Source: Octopus sinensis (lineage: Eukaryota). Taken from it: a stretch of 64,000 nucleotides of DNA. A program made the position numbers and the translations under genes. Each line of letters begins with the position of its first letter. The stretch's first letter is position 1. The DNA lies in contig NC_042999.1 of assembly GCF_006345805.1 (NCBI RefSeq), forward strand, positions 94,426,001 through 94,490,000, in the 5' to 3' direction. This document shows positions 37,597 to 49,844 of this stretch, one piece after another. Under the pieces are notes generated by a model. The model was not told the origin of the DNA. It searched no databases and saw only the letters and a list, made by a program, of their open reading frames with translations.

Positions 37597-39672
37597 ATGG
37601 AGTTGTTCGAGATTTATGCGTCCCTTAAGGATATTCCTATTCCACCGAAGGACGCCTTCCTTAAGGAGTTGGTTTGTAAAACCAACGCATTCATAAACTG
37701 GATAAGATGGCTCGTTTTCTTCCACGAGAACGAAGATCTAAAATCGAACCGGACAACAGCATCGTCCGAATACGGCCGGCTTTTTAAAACATTGGATACG
37801 CCGCCACCTAACCCAAGACTGAAGAAGTTTGAGGACGACTTGTGGGATATAGTTAGAAAGATTAAGTTCAGGAAATCACCCGGGAGAAATGCCCACCTCA
37901 GATACCTAGATAAAATTACCAAGGACATTAATAGAACGGACGGAGTCCTGGTCCAGTCCGACAAGACCAGGAACACATACAAGCTGCCCATTAAGCAGTA
38001 CCTAGATTTACTCGGTAAAGAGATCAAGAAAAATTATAGAAAAACCAATTGGAGTACCCTGAGGAAGGTAAACTTGGAAATTAAGGAAATAATATTTAAA
38101 CACCGAATTCAAATGAGAACTCAGCCGCTTAGCCCTAAGCAACCCAGATTTATAGTGAAGGACCATAAACCGAACTTCCACACCAACCCAGCGCTAAGAC
38201 TCATATGCCCTGCTAGATCTGATATCAGGATAATCAGTAAGTACACTTTAGATAAATATATCCCTAGTTTAGTAAACAAGCTGAAGCTCAGCCTCTGGGC
38301 CAACTCCTCGCAGGTAGTGAAGTGGTTCTCTTCCATCCCCAATAAGAACCGTACTAGGTTCATTCAGTTTGATATCGCCAGCTTCTACCCCTCGATTAAC
38401 CCTAGTGTGCTAAATAAGGCCCTCTGGCATGCTCACAACAAGGCTGGCCTCACCAGAGAAGAGATAGATATCATTTTAGTTGCCAGGAAATCGTTTATTA
38501 AGTTTGATAATAAGTTGTGGATCCGTAAAGATACTCCCAATGAATTTGATGTGCCTATGGGTAGTTCGGATAGTGCGCAGATAGCCGATTTGGTCGGAAT
38601 ATATATTCTCTACGAATTTTCCGACCAATTCCCGGAGATCGCGGGCGGCCTGTATCGTGACGATTGTCTGTTTTACCTGCAAAACACCACGAACAGAATA
38701 GTGCAGAAAACTAAGAGCAGGTTAGCTAGGTTTTTTAATAGAATGGGCATGAGTATAGTTTTTGATAATGAACTCACCAAGGCTAATTTCCTAGACGTTA
38801 CACTTAACCTTAATAGCGACTCATACTGCCCTTACCATAAGCCTCCCACTAATTTGAAGTATGTTAGTGTCTTCTCAAATCATGCCAAAACCGTAACAGA
38901 CAATTTGGTTAAAAACATCTCTCTAAGATTGTCTGGCTTGTCCGCCAGTGCCGATATTTTTATGCAGAAAGCGGAATTTTATAACGCCGCACTATCCAAG
39001 GCCGGTTATAGGCAGAAGGTCATTTATATTGATCCGGCCCTTCCGATGCCATCATTCGGTCATCAGGATAGGGCCGTATATAATAACATTAACAATTTAA
39101 GTAAGGACGGGAGCGCGGCGGATGCCGGGGTAGTCGCTCCCGCATTTAATTTAGCGAACAAGGATAATTATCGGTCCGGGAGGTCTTGCACTAACCCTAG
39201 ACCCGTTATTCATCCGAGAATCACCCACCCGAATGCGAGAGCTGGCGTCCCGACCCATCACACTGATAGGAATAAGCATATATGGTTTGTAATCCCCTTT
39301 GGTAAGCAGATTAGAACTAACCTCCCCCTCATGTTTAGACAAGCCATCGCCAATAACTTCCCCAGAAATTCCAAATATTACTCCACGGTTAACTCGCATA
39401 AAGTTAGGATAGCTTTCTCCAACACTAAAAACCTCGCCCAGATAATCGCCTCCCATAATAATAGGCTACTTACTAAGACCCTATCACCTTTTTCCGGAGG
39501 CATAGCCTCTTCCGCTCCCGGTTTAATGCTCAGTAGGAATAATTATAGTAGTAATAATGATATGAGAGCCAGTACAGTGACACATAATCTCAGCTCCAGC
39601 CAGGGAGTACCCACTAGGGGTATAGTTATAAATAGGGGTGTTGTGGTTGACGGTAACAATGGAGTAGGGTAG
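37597..39672 (+). CDS. PLE reverse transcriptase (691 aa; N-terminal part of the RT-GIY-YIG polyprotein)
   Basis: SLKDIPIP..IRW..FF N-terminus, SDKTRN, KDHKPNF..P.LRLI.P, FIQFDIASFYPSI, FDVPMGS.DSAQIADLVG, GLYRDD, NFLDVTLNL, and the thumb WFVIPF..TN....I.NNFP. These motifs match Naiad-clade PLE RTs as I recall them. Confidence 0.93.
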   Translation: MELFEIYASLKDIPIPPKDAFLKELVCKTNAFINWIRWLVFFHENEDLKSNRTTASSEYGRLFKTLDTPPPNPRLKKFEDDLWDIVRKIKFRKSPGRNAHLRYLDKITKDINRTDGVLVQSDKTRNTYKLPIKQYLDLLGKEIKKNYRKTNWSTLRKVNLEIKEIIFKHRIQMRTQPLSPKQPRFIVKDHKPNFHTNPALRLICPARSDIRIISKYTLDKYIPSLVNKLKLSLWANSSQVVKWFSSIPNKNRTRFIQFDIASFYPSINPSVLNKALWHAHNKAGLTREEIDIILVARKSFIKFDNKLWIRKDTPNEFDVPMGSSDSAQIADLVGIYILYEFSDQFPEIAGGLYRDDCLFYLQNTTNRIVQKTKSRLARFFNRMGMSIVFDNELTKANFLDVTLNLNSDSYCPYHKPPTNLKYVSVFSNHAKTVTDNLVKNISLRLSGLSASADIFMQKAEFYNAALSKAGYRQKVIYIDPALPMPSFGHQDRAVYNNINNLSKDGSAADAGVVAPAFNLANKDNYRSGRSCTNPRPVIHPRITHPNARAGVPTHHTDRNKHIWFVIPFGKQIRTNLPLMFRQAIANNFPRNSKYYSTVNSHKVRIAFSNTKNLAQIIASHNNRLLTKTLSPFSGGIASSAPGLMLSRNNYSSNNDMRASTVTHNLSSSQGVPTRGIVINRGVVVDGNNGVG

Positions 39673-40283
39673 AGAGCCCCAATAGCATCCCCAGCATCAT
39701 TTCCCGCAATAGCAGCACCACGGGCACTAGCAATGACAGCACTCTGATAGATAGTGGAGAATCAGGGGTTATTCCTATAGTTAATAGTGACGTAGTGGAA
39801 AATAGAGTAGTAAGCGGCTGCAGGTCTCGGAACGAATATAGTGACAGGAACGCAGTTCTAATTTCAGAAACTAATCCTAGCAGAATAAGATTCACGTCGG
39901 CGAACTCCAAGATCAAAAACGCCGTCTACCAATGCAAGGTTTACACGGACTCAGATGTCTTCACTTATGTAGGGGCCTCATCCTCAAGATTGTCTTTGCG
40001 AGTCTCCAACCATTACGCAACTTTTCGGGACATGAACAAGCGCCAGACCACGGGACTCAGTAAGCTAATATGGCGACTGAAGGATACGAACTTAAGCTAC
40101 AGGCTGGAATGGTCAATTTTGTCGGTGGCCCTCCCATTTGATAGGGGCAGAAGGCAGTGCAACCTTTGTGTCTCCGAACTCTTCCATATTTTGTTTGCCA
40201 GAGGCCGGATGGTAAACGGGCTTTTACAGTCGGCTTTTCGATGCCCCCATTGGCGACGTTACACTTATCTGGCTTTTAAATAG
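39657..40283 (+). CDS. PLE GIY-YIG endonuclease domain, in the -1 frame relative to the RT
   Basis: Frame is open from 39657: AVYQCKV..TYVGAS..R..NH..F..TGLSKLIWRLK..W.I..QCNLCVSE..RCPH. Confidence 0.88.
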   Translation, partial: QWSRVESPNSIPSIISRNSSTTGTSNDSTLIDSGESGVIPIVNSDVVENRVVSGCRSRNEYSDRNAVLISETNPSRIRFTSANSKIKNAVYQCKVYTDSDVFTYVGASSSRLSLRVSNHYATFRDMNKRQTTGLSKLIWRLKDTNLSYRLEWSILSVALPFDRGRRQCNLCVSELFHILFARGRMVNGLLQSAFRCPHWRRYTYLAFK

Positions 40284-40360
40284 CGTTTATAAATAATACC
40301 GGCGCCCATAGCCCTTGGTAACTAATTCTGAAATAGCCTTTAAGATATCTACGATTAACC

Positions 40361-41151
40361 ACTGCAAGGGGAATTACTCCTGTAAGATAAACGGGGCTTG
40401 GTTTTTTCACAACGGGGGGTTTCCTTGACAAGGCAGGCTTAGATGAACACACACACACATAAAACATAATATATATATTTTTTTTCTGCCACCCAACGGT
40501 TCTCACTGCAGTAGCCACTGACAGCCGAACGATCAAACGCACACACGTACACAAAAAATGTTTTCTACCCCTACGCCAGCACACACATATATAGAACAGT
40601 ATACACACACACGTCTCTAAGTAGATTTTTTCTCGCCCCTTATAAAACATCCAATATTCCTTAAATAGTCAGAACTTTATTCTCGGTCACAAAGAACATC
40701 TACACACCCTCACCCACATGATTGACCGATGCCTGACCCGTTAAATTCTTCAGCCACCGGTTCTCAACATACACTGATAAACAGTTTCGCCATGGGCTCT
40801 TAGGAGCCTATTTCGATTTGTTTTTGCTCCGCCTCTGTTCTGTTTTTGTTTTTTCCAACGGATTTCCTATTTTCTTCCTGAAGAGAAAGACACAATATGG
40901 TCCCATTATTCAATCGGATTTTGGTAAATTGTGCCTTTCGAAACACGTGTAGAATGAAATAAAACGATTTCTGTTCAATCTGCGTTCAGCTCCATTTCTT
41001 CAATTCACCAATAATATTTTAATTTCAATTATCCGCACCAACGCACGGTTGCAACACCATATGGTTGTACCTCCAACCGTGCTGTTTACTGCTGTGATTT
41101 TTGCTATCAAGGTATCGGTTAAACTTTTGATTAATCTACTACAAGATTATT
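40361..41151 (+). repeat. 3' pseudo-LTR (direct repeat)
   Basis: Direct repeat of 36739-37530. Confidence 0.95.
40870..40960 (+). ncRNA. Type I hammerhead ribozyme in pLTR2
   Basis: CTGAAGA 40878-40884, GAAA 40940-40943, CACGTG, TA; predicted cut after 40951. Confidence 0.85.
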
Positions 41152-41190
41152 ATATTATGTATGGAATACGCAGTTGGGGCAGTATTTCAT

Positions 41191-41683
41191 TTCTTTATTC
41201 TTTTACTTGTTTCAGTAATTTGACTGCGACCATGCTGCCGCACCGCCTTGAAGTGTGTTAGTCAAACAAATTGACCTCAGGACTTACTTCTAAACCCAGT
41301 AATTATTCTATAGGTCTCTTCTGACAGGATGCTGCATGGAAAATTTATTTCCCTCTTCTTTAATTTTTAAGTTATTTTTAACATAGCAAGGCTATGAGAG
41401 ATGTTATTTCAAAGCAAATATTGCGGCAACTTGAGTACTGCTAAGTTACAGGGACGTAAAGACACCAACACTGGTTATGAAGCGGTGATGGGGGGAAACC
41501 ACAGACACACACACACACACATATATACATATATACGACTAACTTCTTTCAGTTTTCATCTACCAAATCTACTCACAAAGCTTCGGACGGCTCCACTTGA
41601 CCAAGGAGTCACGTAGTGGGACTTAACCTGGAACCATGTGGTTGGGGATGCAAGCTTCTTTACCACACAACCACGCGCGTACC
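41191..41683 (-). mobile_element. Diverged SINE family B with an interrupting segment (~41320-41440)
   Basis: 3' part TGTTTCAGT..TGACTGCGACCATGCTG; 5' part GGGACTTAACCTGGAACCATGTGGTTGG..TACCACACAACCAC. Confidence 0.7.
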
Positions 41684-42494
41684 TATTTAATTAAAATTCC
41701 TATACATGTCTCTCATCATACACTTTAAACAAATCATACCAATTAAGAACACAACAAATCAGCCTTCTTAAAAATGTCACACTGAAGCTGCTGCATTATT
41801 TGCTTTGAAATAACATCTCTCATAGATTTACTATGTTAAAAACAAATTAAATAAGAAGGAAAGAAATTTTCCATGCAGCATTCAGCGAGAGTACAAAACG
41901 CATTACTACCATTCGTTTTTTTTTTTTTTTTGTGTTTTTGACTATTTGACAGGCGTGCAATCACTGACCGATATAGACTGGAACGAGAATACGCCATCTG
42001 TGATGCAGGAAAACGTAAATATATCATCCCCTTATGTTGTGAAGAATCGACCGGCTTGATTAAATATCAAGTATACACAACATTATTTAATGAAAATACC
42101 CATCAAACTCTATCGATAAGTTAGTTACTGCAGCACTTATGCTGAGATAACATCTCTAATGGACTCGCTGTGTTAAAAGCACAATAAAAATCAGAGGCGA
42201 ACATTCGTCCCACCAGCGTCAGGCGAGAGATCCCAATACATTTCAGCTCCTTTAGGTCATTACAATGACCTGTATTCGCAGCTAGTCACTTACCAGAGAA
42301 AACGATTTCAACGACCGATGCTGGGATGAGTTCTTATCGTTAATACTCATTGTTTGTTTTGCCGTTCGTTTTTTGCTTATTTCTTTTGCACTGATCAATA
42401 TGAGATATTATCCGATGACAAATACTGCAGGAACTTGCCTTTCGACGATTGTGGATAGTATATTTAGTATATTTAGTATAGTATTAAATAGATG

Positions 42495-42565
42495 TCCATG
42501 TATGTATGTATGTATGTATGTATGTATGTATGTATGTATGTATGTATGTCTGTCTGTCTGTCTGT
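42495..42565. repeat. (TATG)n/(TCTG)n microsatellite
   Basis: Directly visible. Confidence 0.95.
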
Positions 42566-42719
42566 TCTATTTTCAATTTTCATAAATATTCTACTGAGGA
42601 AGGAGCCGGTTTCCAACAAGAATATAAGGCTCCATTTTGGGGATATAGGTAACACCGACAAATTTACAGTTGGAACATGAGCAAAGTCTTGCATATTTAT
42701 ACAGTTCTACTCACAGATT

Positions 42720-44430
42720 GCGTTTGTACTGTACAAATCAGCCGGTCAATTTCTCTTTCTGGAAATCCCAGTTTATCCAGACTCTCCTTTAAGCTTTTAC
42801 TAACAAAACATAGTGCACCAGTTATTCGTATGAATATGAATTCATAATCTGGATATAGATACTGGAGGTTTCCAAGCAGTTATCCATAGATATCCTCTTT
42901 TTCTTAAGTAGAGCCTGTCAATATCACTCCTTCTCTGGAAGGCCCCAGTTATCGTCAGGATTTTGAGGGTTTTGTTAACTAAGGAGTGGATTTCCTCTAC
43001 AGACCACTCAAGTATCCCAAATTTTGGGATCAGTACTGGTACTTTAAATGCATTGTGGGATATTGTTTTGCTGGAAGAGGAGAGTTCCGACTGTTATATT
43101 TTCCTAAATCTGGTGTAACATTCTCGGCTCACTCTATTTTTATTCACAGTGCCTCCATATGATATAGTTTCGTCTTTGCCTAAGTGCTTGTAACATTCTT
43201 TGTGTGGAATTGGGGAGATAGAGGGACCATTGCTGCTTATATCAGCTGAAAATTTTGTTTCTAATTCCAGTTGATTTTTGGCATAGTTAACACTTTTACC
43301 ATAAATCTCCAGGTCGTCTACAAAGAAATTATGTGTTACACTGATATTTCTAGCAGTTGAATATCCTAGTATGCAACCATTTATTTTCTGAAGTAGAAAC
43401 GATAATGTATTCAGTGCCAACATGAAAAATAATAGAGAAAGACTATCTCTCAGAATATTCCGTTTCCAATGCTTATACTATCAGAAACAACTTTCAATTG
43501 TAAGGGTAAGAATTGTTCTCCATTTCTTTGTGAATCTCTCTATAGCAGCAATTAATGTAGTAGGTATTTTGCCATATGTAGGCACTTCAACAGCCATGAA
43601 TGAGGGATGGACGCAAATCTCTTCTTATAGTCAAGCCATTCTGTCACAAAGTTTCTACGTTGTTTTCTTACTTTAGAAAGTACGGTTTTGCCTATTGAAA
43701 GTTGTTCGGCACATCCCTACACTCCCCTCTTTACACCAGCCTGTTCATCAGTCACAAAGTTGTTCAACTCACAATGGTTCCGAGGAATTGGTTGAGGCAC
43801 TAGTGTACAGTTTATGCATAATATTTAGACAAGCAATAGACCTTTAGTTTCCTACCATCTAGGTGATTTCATTTTATGGCAGCAAGATTTGTCCTTGCTG
43901 TAGCAAACCAATTCGGTGTATCAGTGAGGTCTTCCATGGTCCTTTTGAAAATACATGTCAATTGGTTTCTATAAAATGTCAGCTTCTTTTAAAAACATCC
44001 AACTATTAGATTCCTTTCAGGTGCCTTCCCATTCTGCAGTTTGCCTACTGCTATAGCGAAGGTTTCCGCATCAATTTTGTAAATTTTACTGTTAGTGTTG
44101 ATAGAGTATTCTCTCTCAATTGTATTTAACCATGATGCATTCAGGTTGAGTTCCCTCTTTTCGTTCCAAAATTTTGACCAGAGTGATTGTAGATTATCTT
44201 CGGAGGGAGCTTTCTTAATGGTAATGTTTCCCTTCCTCATCTCTCTGTATAATGCTTGTGATAGATACTGACTCGTTCAAAAATTCACATGATGATGAAG
44301 TTTCTTGTTCATCATCATTAGTTCATGTTTTAAAGTCATTAGCTTTCCCTCAGGAACTCGGTGTGAAGAGTTGCCATAAATTTCCGTTAATTTTTGTTCA
44401 AGATAGATTTGGTGAGGTGTAATCTAGTTT
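42720..44430 (-). mobile_element. Decayed R4/Dong-like LINE, RT region
   Basis: Broken frames: LWSKFWN..ASWL..KLQNGKAP, THNFFVDDLEIYGK, YKHLG, VPVLIPKFGILEWS..IDRLYL. Confidence 0.75.
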
Positions 44431-44454
44431 GTCTCCTTACATGTTGTGCATGCA

Positions 44455-44562
44455 TGTATGTATGTATGTATGTATGTATGTATGTATGTATGTATGTATG
44501 TATGTATGTATGTAGGTAGGTAGGTAGGTAGGTAGGTATGTATGTAGGTAGGTATGTATGTA
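44455..44562. repeat. (TATG)n/(TAGG)n microsatellite
   Basis: Directly visible. Confidence 0.95.
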
Positions 44563-45479
44563 TAACTGGAAATGAATGAGTGACAAACTTACCATTCAGG
44601 GTATGGCTATTATTTCTGATCGCGTTAAACTCTCTCCTTTGCGTATTTGCTTAAACTTGCATGTTATCCGAAAATGCCTATCGCGTAACATAAAAAGCAC
44701 AACAATGAGAGGAAGTACAAATAGGCATGAGCTTGGTATTCTTTTATAAGTTATTATATACGTTTCTATGTTGAGTAAATTAGTAATGCTGTTACACAAT
44801 ATATGCTATTCAAGCATACGTCTTATAGCCGCTGTATACATAATTTCATCAAAGATGCCCTTGGACAGAGTGAAAATACAGGTATAGCACATATGTATAA
44901 TGCTTTTATAAGTTTCATGCTTAAATTACATTTATAGTATGACATCATTAATAGATTACTGAATACAGAATCGTTAATAGATGACTTGAAAGAAAAGAAT
45001 GCCAATAATATGACCATGCTTTTTTTACCTCATTATATAAAACATGTGTGCATGTATATATACATGCATACATATACACATGAATATATAGATATATATA
45101 TACATATGTGTCCGTATCAGTGTGTATATGTATACTTATGTATATACACATCTGACTTCTAGTGGAATAAATACAAAAGTGTGCATGACGGTTTTACAAA
45201 CTAACAGAGCGTGCTTAAATTATACATAATAGTAGAGTAACTCTGCCTGTTCTTCATTTTATTGAAAGAAGTGTTCCAAGTAGAACAAGAAAATTGCAGC
45301 AAAGCTGCGTGATAATGGTGTCAGACGGTGTATGTAGACCATCATATAATTTTTTTGTTCTATTCTTCTAATTTGTTTTGACATGAGAATTGTTCTTTTA
45401 TTGTTCTCTTCGGTTTTACGAATCCAGTGTGCACATGCGCATTACGTGTTGATACTTCTCTTTCTGGTTTCTACACAAA

Positions 45480-46350
45480 ACCGTTTACAGATTACCACCA
45501 ATTCATTAAACTGCGTCAGTGAGGAGCGCACCGTGCTCCGATGGTAGTGAAAATAACGTGCTCTCATTGAATTGCCATTAAAGGAGGGCTGGAGGCTGTC
45601 TGACATCCTTAGATATGTATACGTTGTTTACAGATAGAACACCATTGGCAAGACCAATGTGCGCAGGTGGATGTAGAAACCAGCAATGAAGACAATCCTA
45701 CAACGAAGGGCAATCACATGCAAAGACTGACATGAATTACGAGCGAGTGGACGAACTGTTTCGCCTATTCAGACGGCCTAAAATATGTGGACTTGTTACA
45801 TGACTGGGTTGTAATGATTTTGTGTTACAAAAGATAGGTGGAAGATTTAGGTAACGAAATGTATGTGCAGAGTGTTTACCGCCATAGTTACCGCATGTTT
45901 AGAAGAATAGAAGTGTGAGAGAGGATTATGTTACGCTGGAAGCGTTTGAAACCTAAGGAGACAATTTTGTTTGATAAGGTTATTAGTGATGACATGAGTG
46001 TATTTCTATGATACAAAAACGGGGCCAACTAGATGGAATAGCTTTATACTTCTACAAGGCTTTAGAAGTTAAAGAGCTAGTAATTTGTACAGAAAATACA
46101 GTAATTGATGCAGGGTGACAAGAATGCCATTCGTGTTTTTCTTCTCGATCTGGCACCCTTCGACTTTCAATTAACGACAGTCGTCGGGGACAAAGATTTG
46201 ATAACACACTCAAAGTGAAACAAATTTTGAATGAATGAGTACAACCGTTCACGCCTAAAAGCTTTGGAGCAAGATTAGGGAGTGAGATTCAAAGACGGTG
46301 CAAATACATTGCTTTTCGCTGGAGATTATGTGGAACAGTACTTTTGCATG
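45480..46350 (+). mobile_element. Highly decayed mariner-like remnant
   Basis: Weak transposase-like stretches: GTTATTAGTGATGACATG...TATGATAC (VITGDETW..YD-like, ~45980) and GCTGGAGATTATGTGGAA (GDYVE-like C-terminus, ~46320). Confidence 0.4.
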
Positions 46351-49300
46351 GTGGAAAATTAACCGACCAGCTTCTACAATTAGAACGATTATATTAATAT
46401 AAAAGTTATGCCCACTTTTTGCCATTAGATTCGGTATAATTTTCGTGTAAGTGTATATATGTGTGTGTGTACATTTCGTTCTTCCCCGTAATAAATACAT
46501 ACATATGAAAATATATGCATACATACATATGCATATATGTTTGTATGTATATATGTATGTACGTTTTAGCTTCAGATTTAAGTACATTTTCAGAAAGGTC
46601 AAACCGGCCGCTAACAGAGCGACAAGCCTTCTTGACTTAAGAGAGTTCCTAGTGTTTGTAAGTATGTAGTTGATTTGGTGTGTTGGTTTATCTGTCAATG
46701 CACACAGCCTAGTGTGTGCATCTATCCGTTTTTAAAGTATCTCAGACAGAGAAAGAAGCTTTGGAATGACTTACAAATTTTAACTCTGCCACTTAAAGAA
46801 TATGTGTATGTATGTATTTATGTGTGTATGTATGTGTAGCGACTATAACCTCTATCCAGATTTCTTTTATTTTCTACTATATTTTCTACTATATGTATGT
46901 ATGACCAATTGCTAATAATTAAATCTCGTACAACAATAGTCTGCATCTTATTGAATGGCGAAAAACAAAGTTTGCCCGATAGAATATTAGGAAGGTAATT
47001 AAAACCTCTTGCAGTAGTCGTGCATTATAAAATTTCTATTATGCATTGTTGTTTTATTTGATCTTTTAGTAATGATGACATAATAGTGTATTAAAATAAT
47101 GGCTGCATTGTTCTAGGAACATGGCCTGGAGACATGATTCTCTTTCGTGTATCATTTTTAATTGCATTTCAATCAATAAGAATCTTCTACATGTTCTTTA
47201 AAAATGAAGTTGATTCCACTTTCAACAATTAATGAAAAACATATTAAAGATATATTTCAACGTACAATATTACTTTTTGTGAGTTAATAATCGATGTGTT
47301 TTATATAATCATCAGTTCTCATTTGCAGTTGTCTCTAAGAAGCAGGTTGTTTGGTGGATGCACTAGTTTGCATAATGGTCAGTTCATAATATGATTTATA
47401 GAGATCGCTCCTCATTATCGTGCTCAGTTCAAAACACATTCGCTCGTAGAATAAATACAACTACATAGAAATCAGATTCTCATGTCTAAATAGAACAACT
47501 TTATTTAATTTGTTTGCATATTATTGCGTATTATACTGGTCAGTCCATATTTTGCCTTATATAACGGATTTCAATCTCTCCTTTCTATTTAACGAAATCA
47601 ATAACCTCATGCATTGGTTTTGAAACTTCATATGTTTCTATCCATAGTATTATTTTAACACATAGAATATATTCTCATACATGTCATGTGCCGCTTGAGA
47701 TTCATTTGTACATTTTTGAAAATTTTAGAATTCATATGTGTATTTTGCTTAAAATATATGGCTTTTTTAACATCAGCTTAAGAATTGTATTTGACTTATT
47801 CACAAACGAATCGATATGCATTAGTAAAATTAATTTCCAACATTTTCGGACAATTACTCTGAAAATTATTTATTTTGGGGAATTATTTGTTTTATCCAAT
47901 ATGTTACAATACTTTCTAAAATTTTACGAAAGTTGATAAGAATTTGTACATTAATAAAACCTGTAAGATGTGCAATTTGCTTCAATGGAAATTTCATAAA
48001 CAATTTGCTAATGCAGTTAGGTTTGTTAGCCAATTGACTTATTTTCCATTGTTCCTATCTGATTCCAAAAACCAATACCTCATACCGTGTTTCAAATTAT
48101 TCTAATGTTCTCTTTCTTTGTAATTGTCACTTTCTTTCATTCTTGTTTGAAATGCTTCTTTGACGCTGGAAAAGAATATTGGCAGTAATTTAATTGTTCA
48201 GAGCAAAGGAAAGCATCGTTGGCAAAGTAAGAATCTTCTCTTCTCGGGAAGATGTATGTATCACACGGTTAATGCCTCTCGGTCAACTAACCGCACATTC
48301 GGAGGACCAACACCTTATAAAAATTTTAATCAACATTACATTCGTTCATTTTTATCTCCGATCGTCTTCCTCTGATTTATTCTTTGCTCTATACTGAATT
48401 CCATGAAAATTTATTCCCTAACCTAGGGTTAGTGACCCTCGAATTCATTATGACACGGTTGCATGACACAATATATAAACATGGCACAATTCTTAGCTCA
48501 GATATACCATTGGTAATAACAAATGAAATCGTATTGCCACAAACTTACTTCCCATATTCAGATAGCTTCTTTATTGTTTCTCTTTTGCTTTGTTCTTCTG
48601 AGACGTTGTTTTGAAACATCGCTAAATACAGCGTTTTTATTAATCTAGGAAAATGATTTTATAACTAAACAATAGTATAATTGTTTGCAAAGTGTGTATT
48701 CATATTTTTCTATATTTAACTATCAGCAAAACCGGTTATGAGGAATATAATGCTTTGTTTCATTATTCTTTTACCTTGTATTTCATGTGTGTATTATTTC
48801 CATTAAATATCTAACATTTATTAGATGCTATTCATATCAACCAGTGTTCACGTGACAAACTATGTACCAATACTCCATCAAGATGTTAACTAGATACAAA
48901 TAATTTATTCATATGCTTGGATCTTTCAAATAACATCAAAATATTGGCTCATTAATAAATTAAGCGTTTAAATAATTGCTGTCTTTAATGATTTCAGTGA
49001 CCTGTATGAGAATCTATCCCACTCGAATTTATTGACATGTAAAGAAAAAATAGCACATAAATCGTCGAAAGTTCGGTAGTTTATTTTTATTTATTTATTT
49101 ATTTTACTTTTCATCACCTGGATTCTGTGCAACATTCTACTGTAAACGACTTGTGATCATTCGTTACAAATAAGGCATTAAACTATTAAATGGCGTGTGT
49201 AATAACGGCTCTTGAACATAGCTTTTGCAATTCAGTCACGTGTACTGTATGAAGAGATATATTCAAACAGTTTTCTTCTAGCATGCACTTGGATACTAAA

Positions 49301-49450
49301 ACTGCATATGGAAGATGTATTCCTATCATAGTCAAAAAGTATAACAACAACTTATAATAGTACAGGTCTATATTTAAGAGAAGAGGGATTATGTACATCA
49401 TTTACATTATTTACATTTGACAGATATTTGTCCTTATCTTGTTTGTTGTT

Positions 49451-49497
49451 AACACAACTTTTCGGCTGATATACCTTCCAGCTTTCATCAGGTGTCT
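49451..49497 (-). ncRNA. Degenerate minimal hammerhead
   Basis: GACAC-CTGATGA-A-AGCTG..CAGCC-GAAA-AG-TT-GTGTT; two substitutions from the family consensus. Confidence 0.65.
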
Positions 49498-49616
49498 TGG
49501 GGAAATTTCGAACCTGGGTTCTCATTCCTAAGGTATTTTCGATGTTGTTGCTGTTGTTGTTGTTGTTGTTATTATTATTATTATTATTATCATTATTATT
49601 ATTATTATTATTATCA

Positions 49617-49712
<96 letters not shown>

Positions 49713-49748
49713 TCACTGCCTGGAATCGAACTCGGAATCTTGAGGCTA

Positions 49749-49782
<34 letters not shown>

Positions 49783-49844
49783 TAATAATAATAATAATAT
49801 CGAAAAATACCTTAGGAATGAGAACCCAGGTTCGAAATTTCCAC

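Larger units (their letters stand above)
36507..41151 (+). mobile_element. Penelope-like retroelement, Naiad type, nearly intact
   Basis: Inverted arm 36507-36742, pLTR1 36739-37530, RT ORF, GIY-YIG ORF and pLTR2 40361-41151. HHR in each repeat. This is the hallmark PLE architecture. Confidence 0.93.

Noticed and set aside
37597-40360. Selenocysteine recoding, reported for some Naiad elements
   Set aside because: No in-frame TGA in either coding frame; the CNLC and CPH cysteines use TGC/TGT; no convincing SECIS seen by eye.
42594-42635. CTGAGGA-A-GGAGCC...GGCTCC hairpin resembling an HHR 5' half
   Set aside because: ATTT follows the stem instead of GAAA; no stem III or stem I partner.
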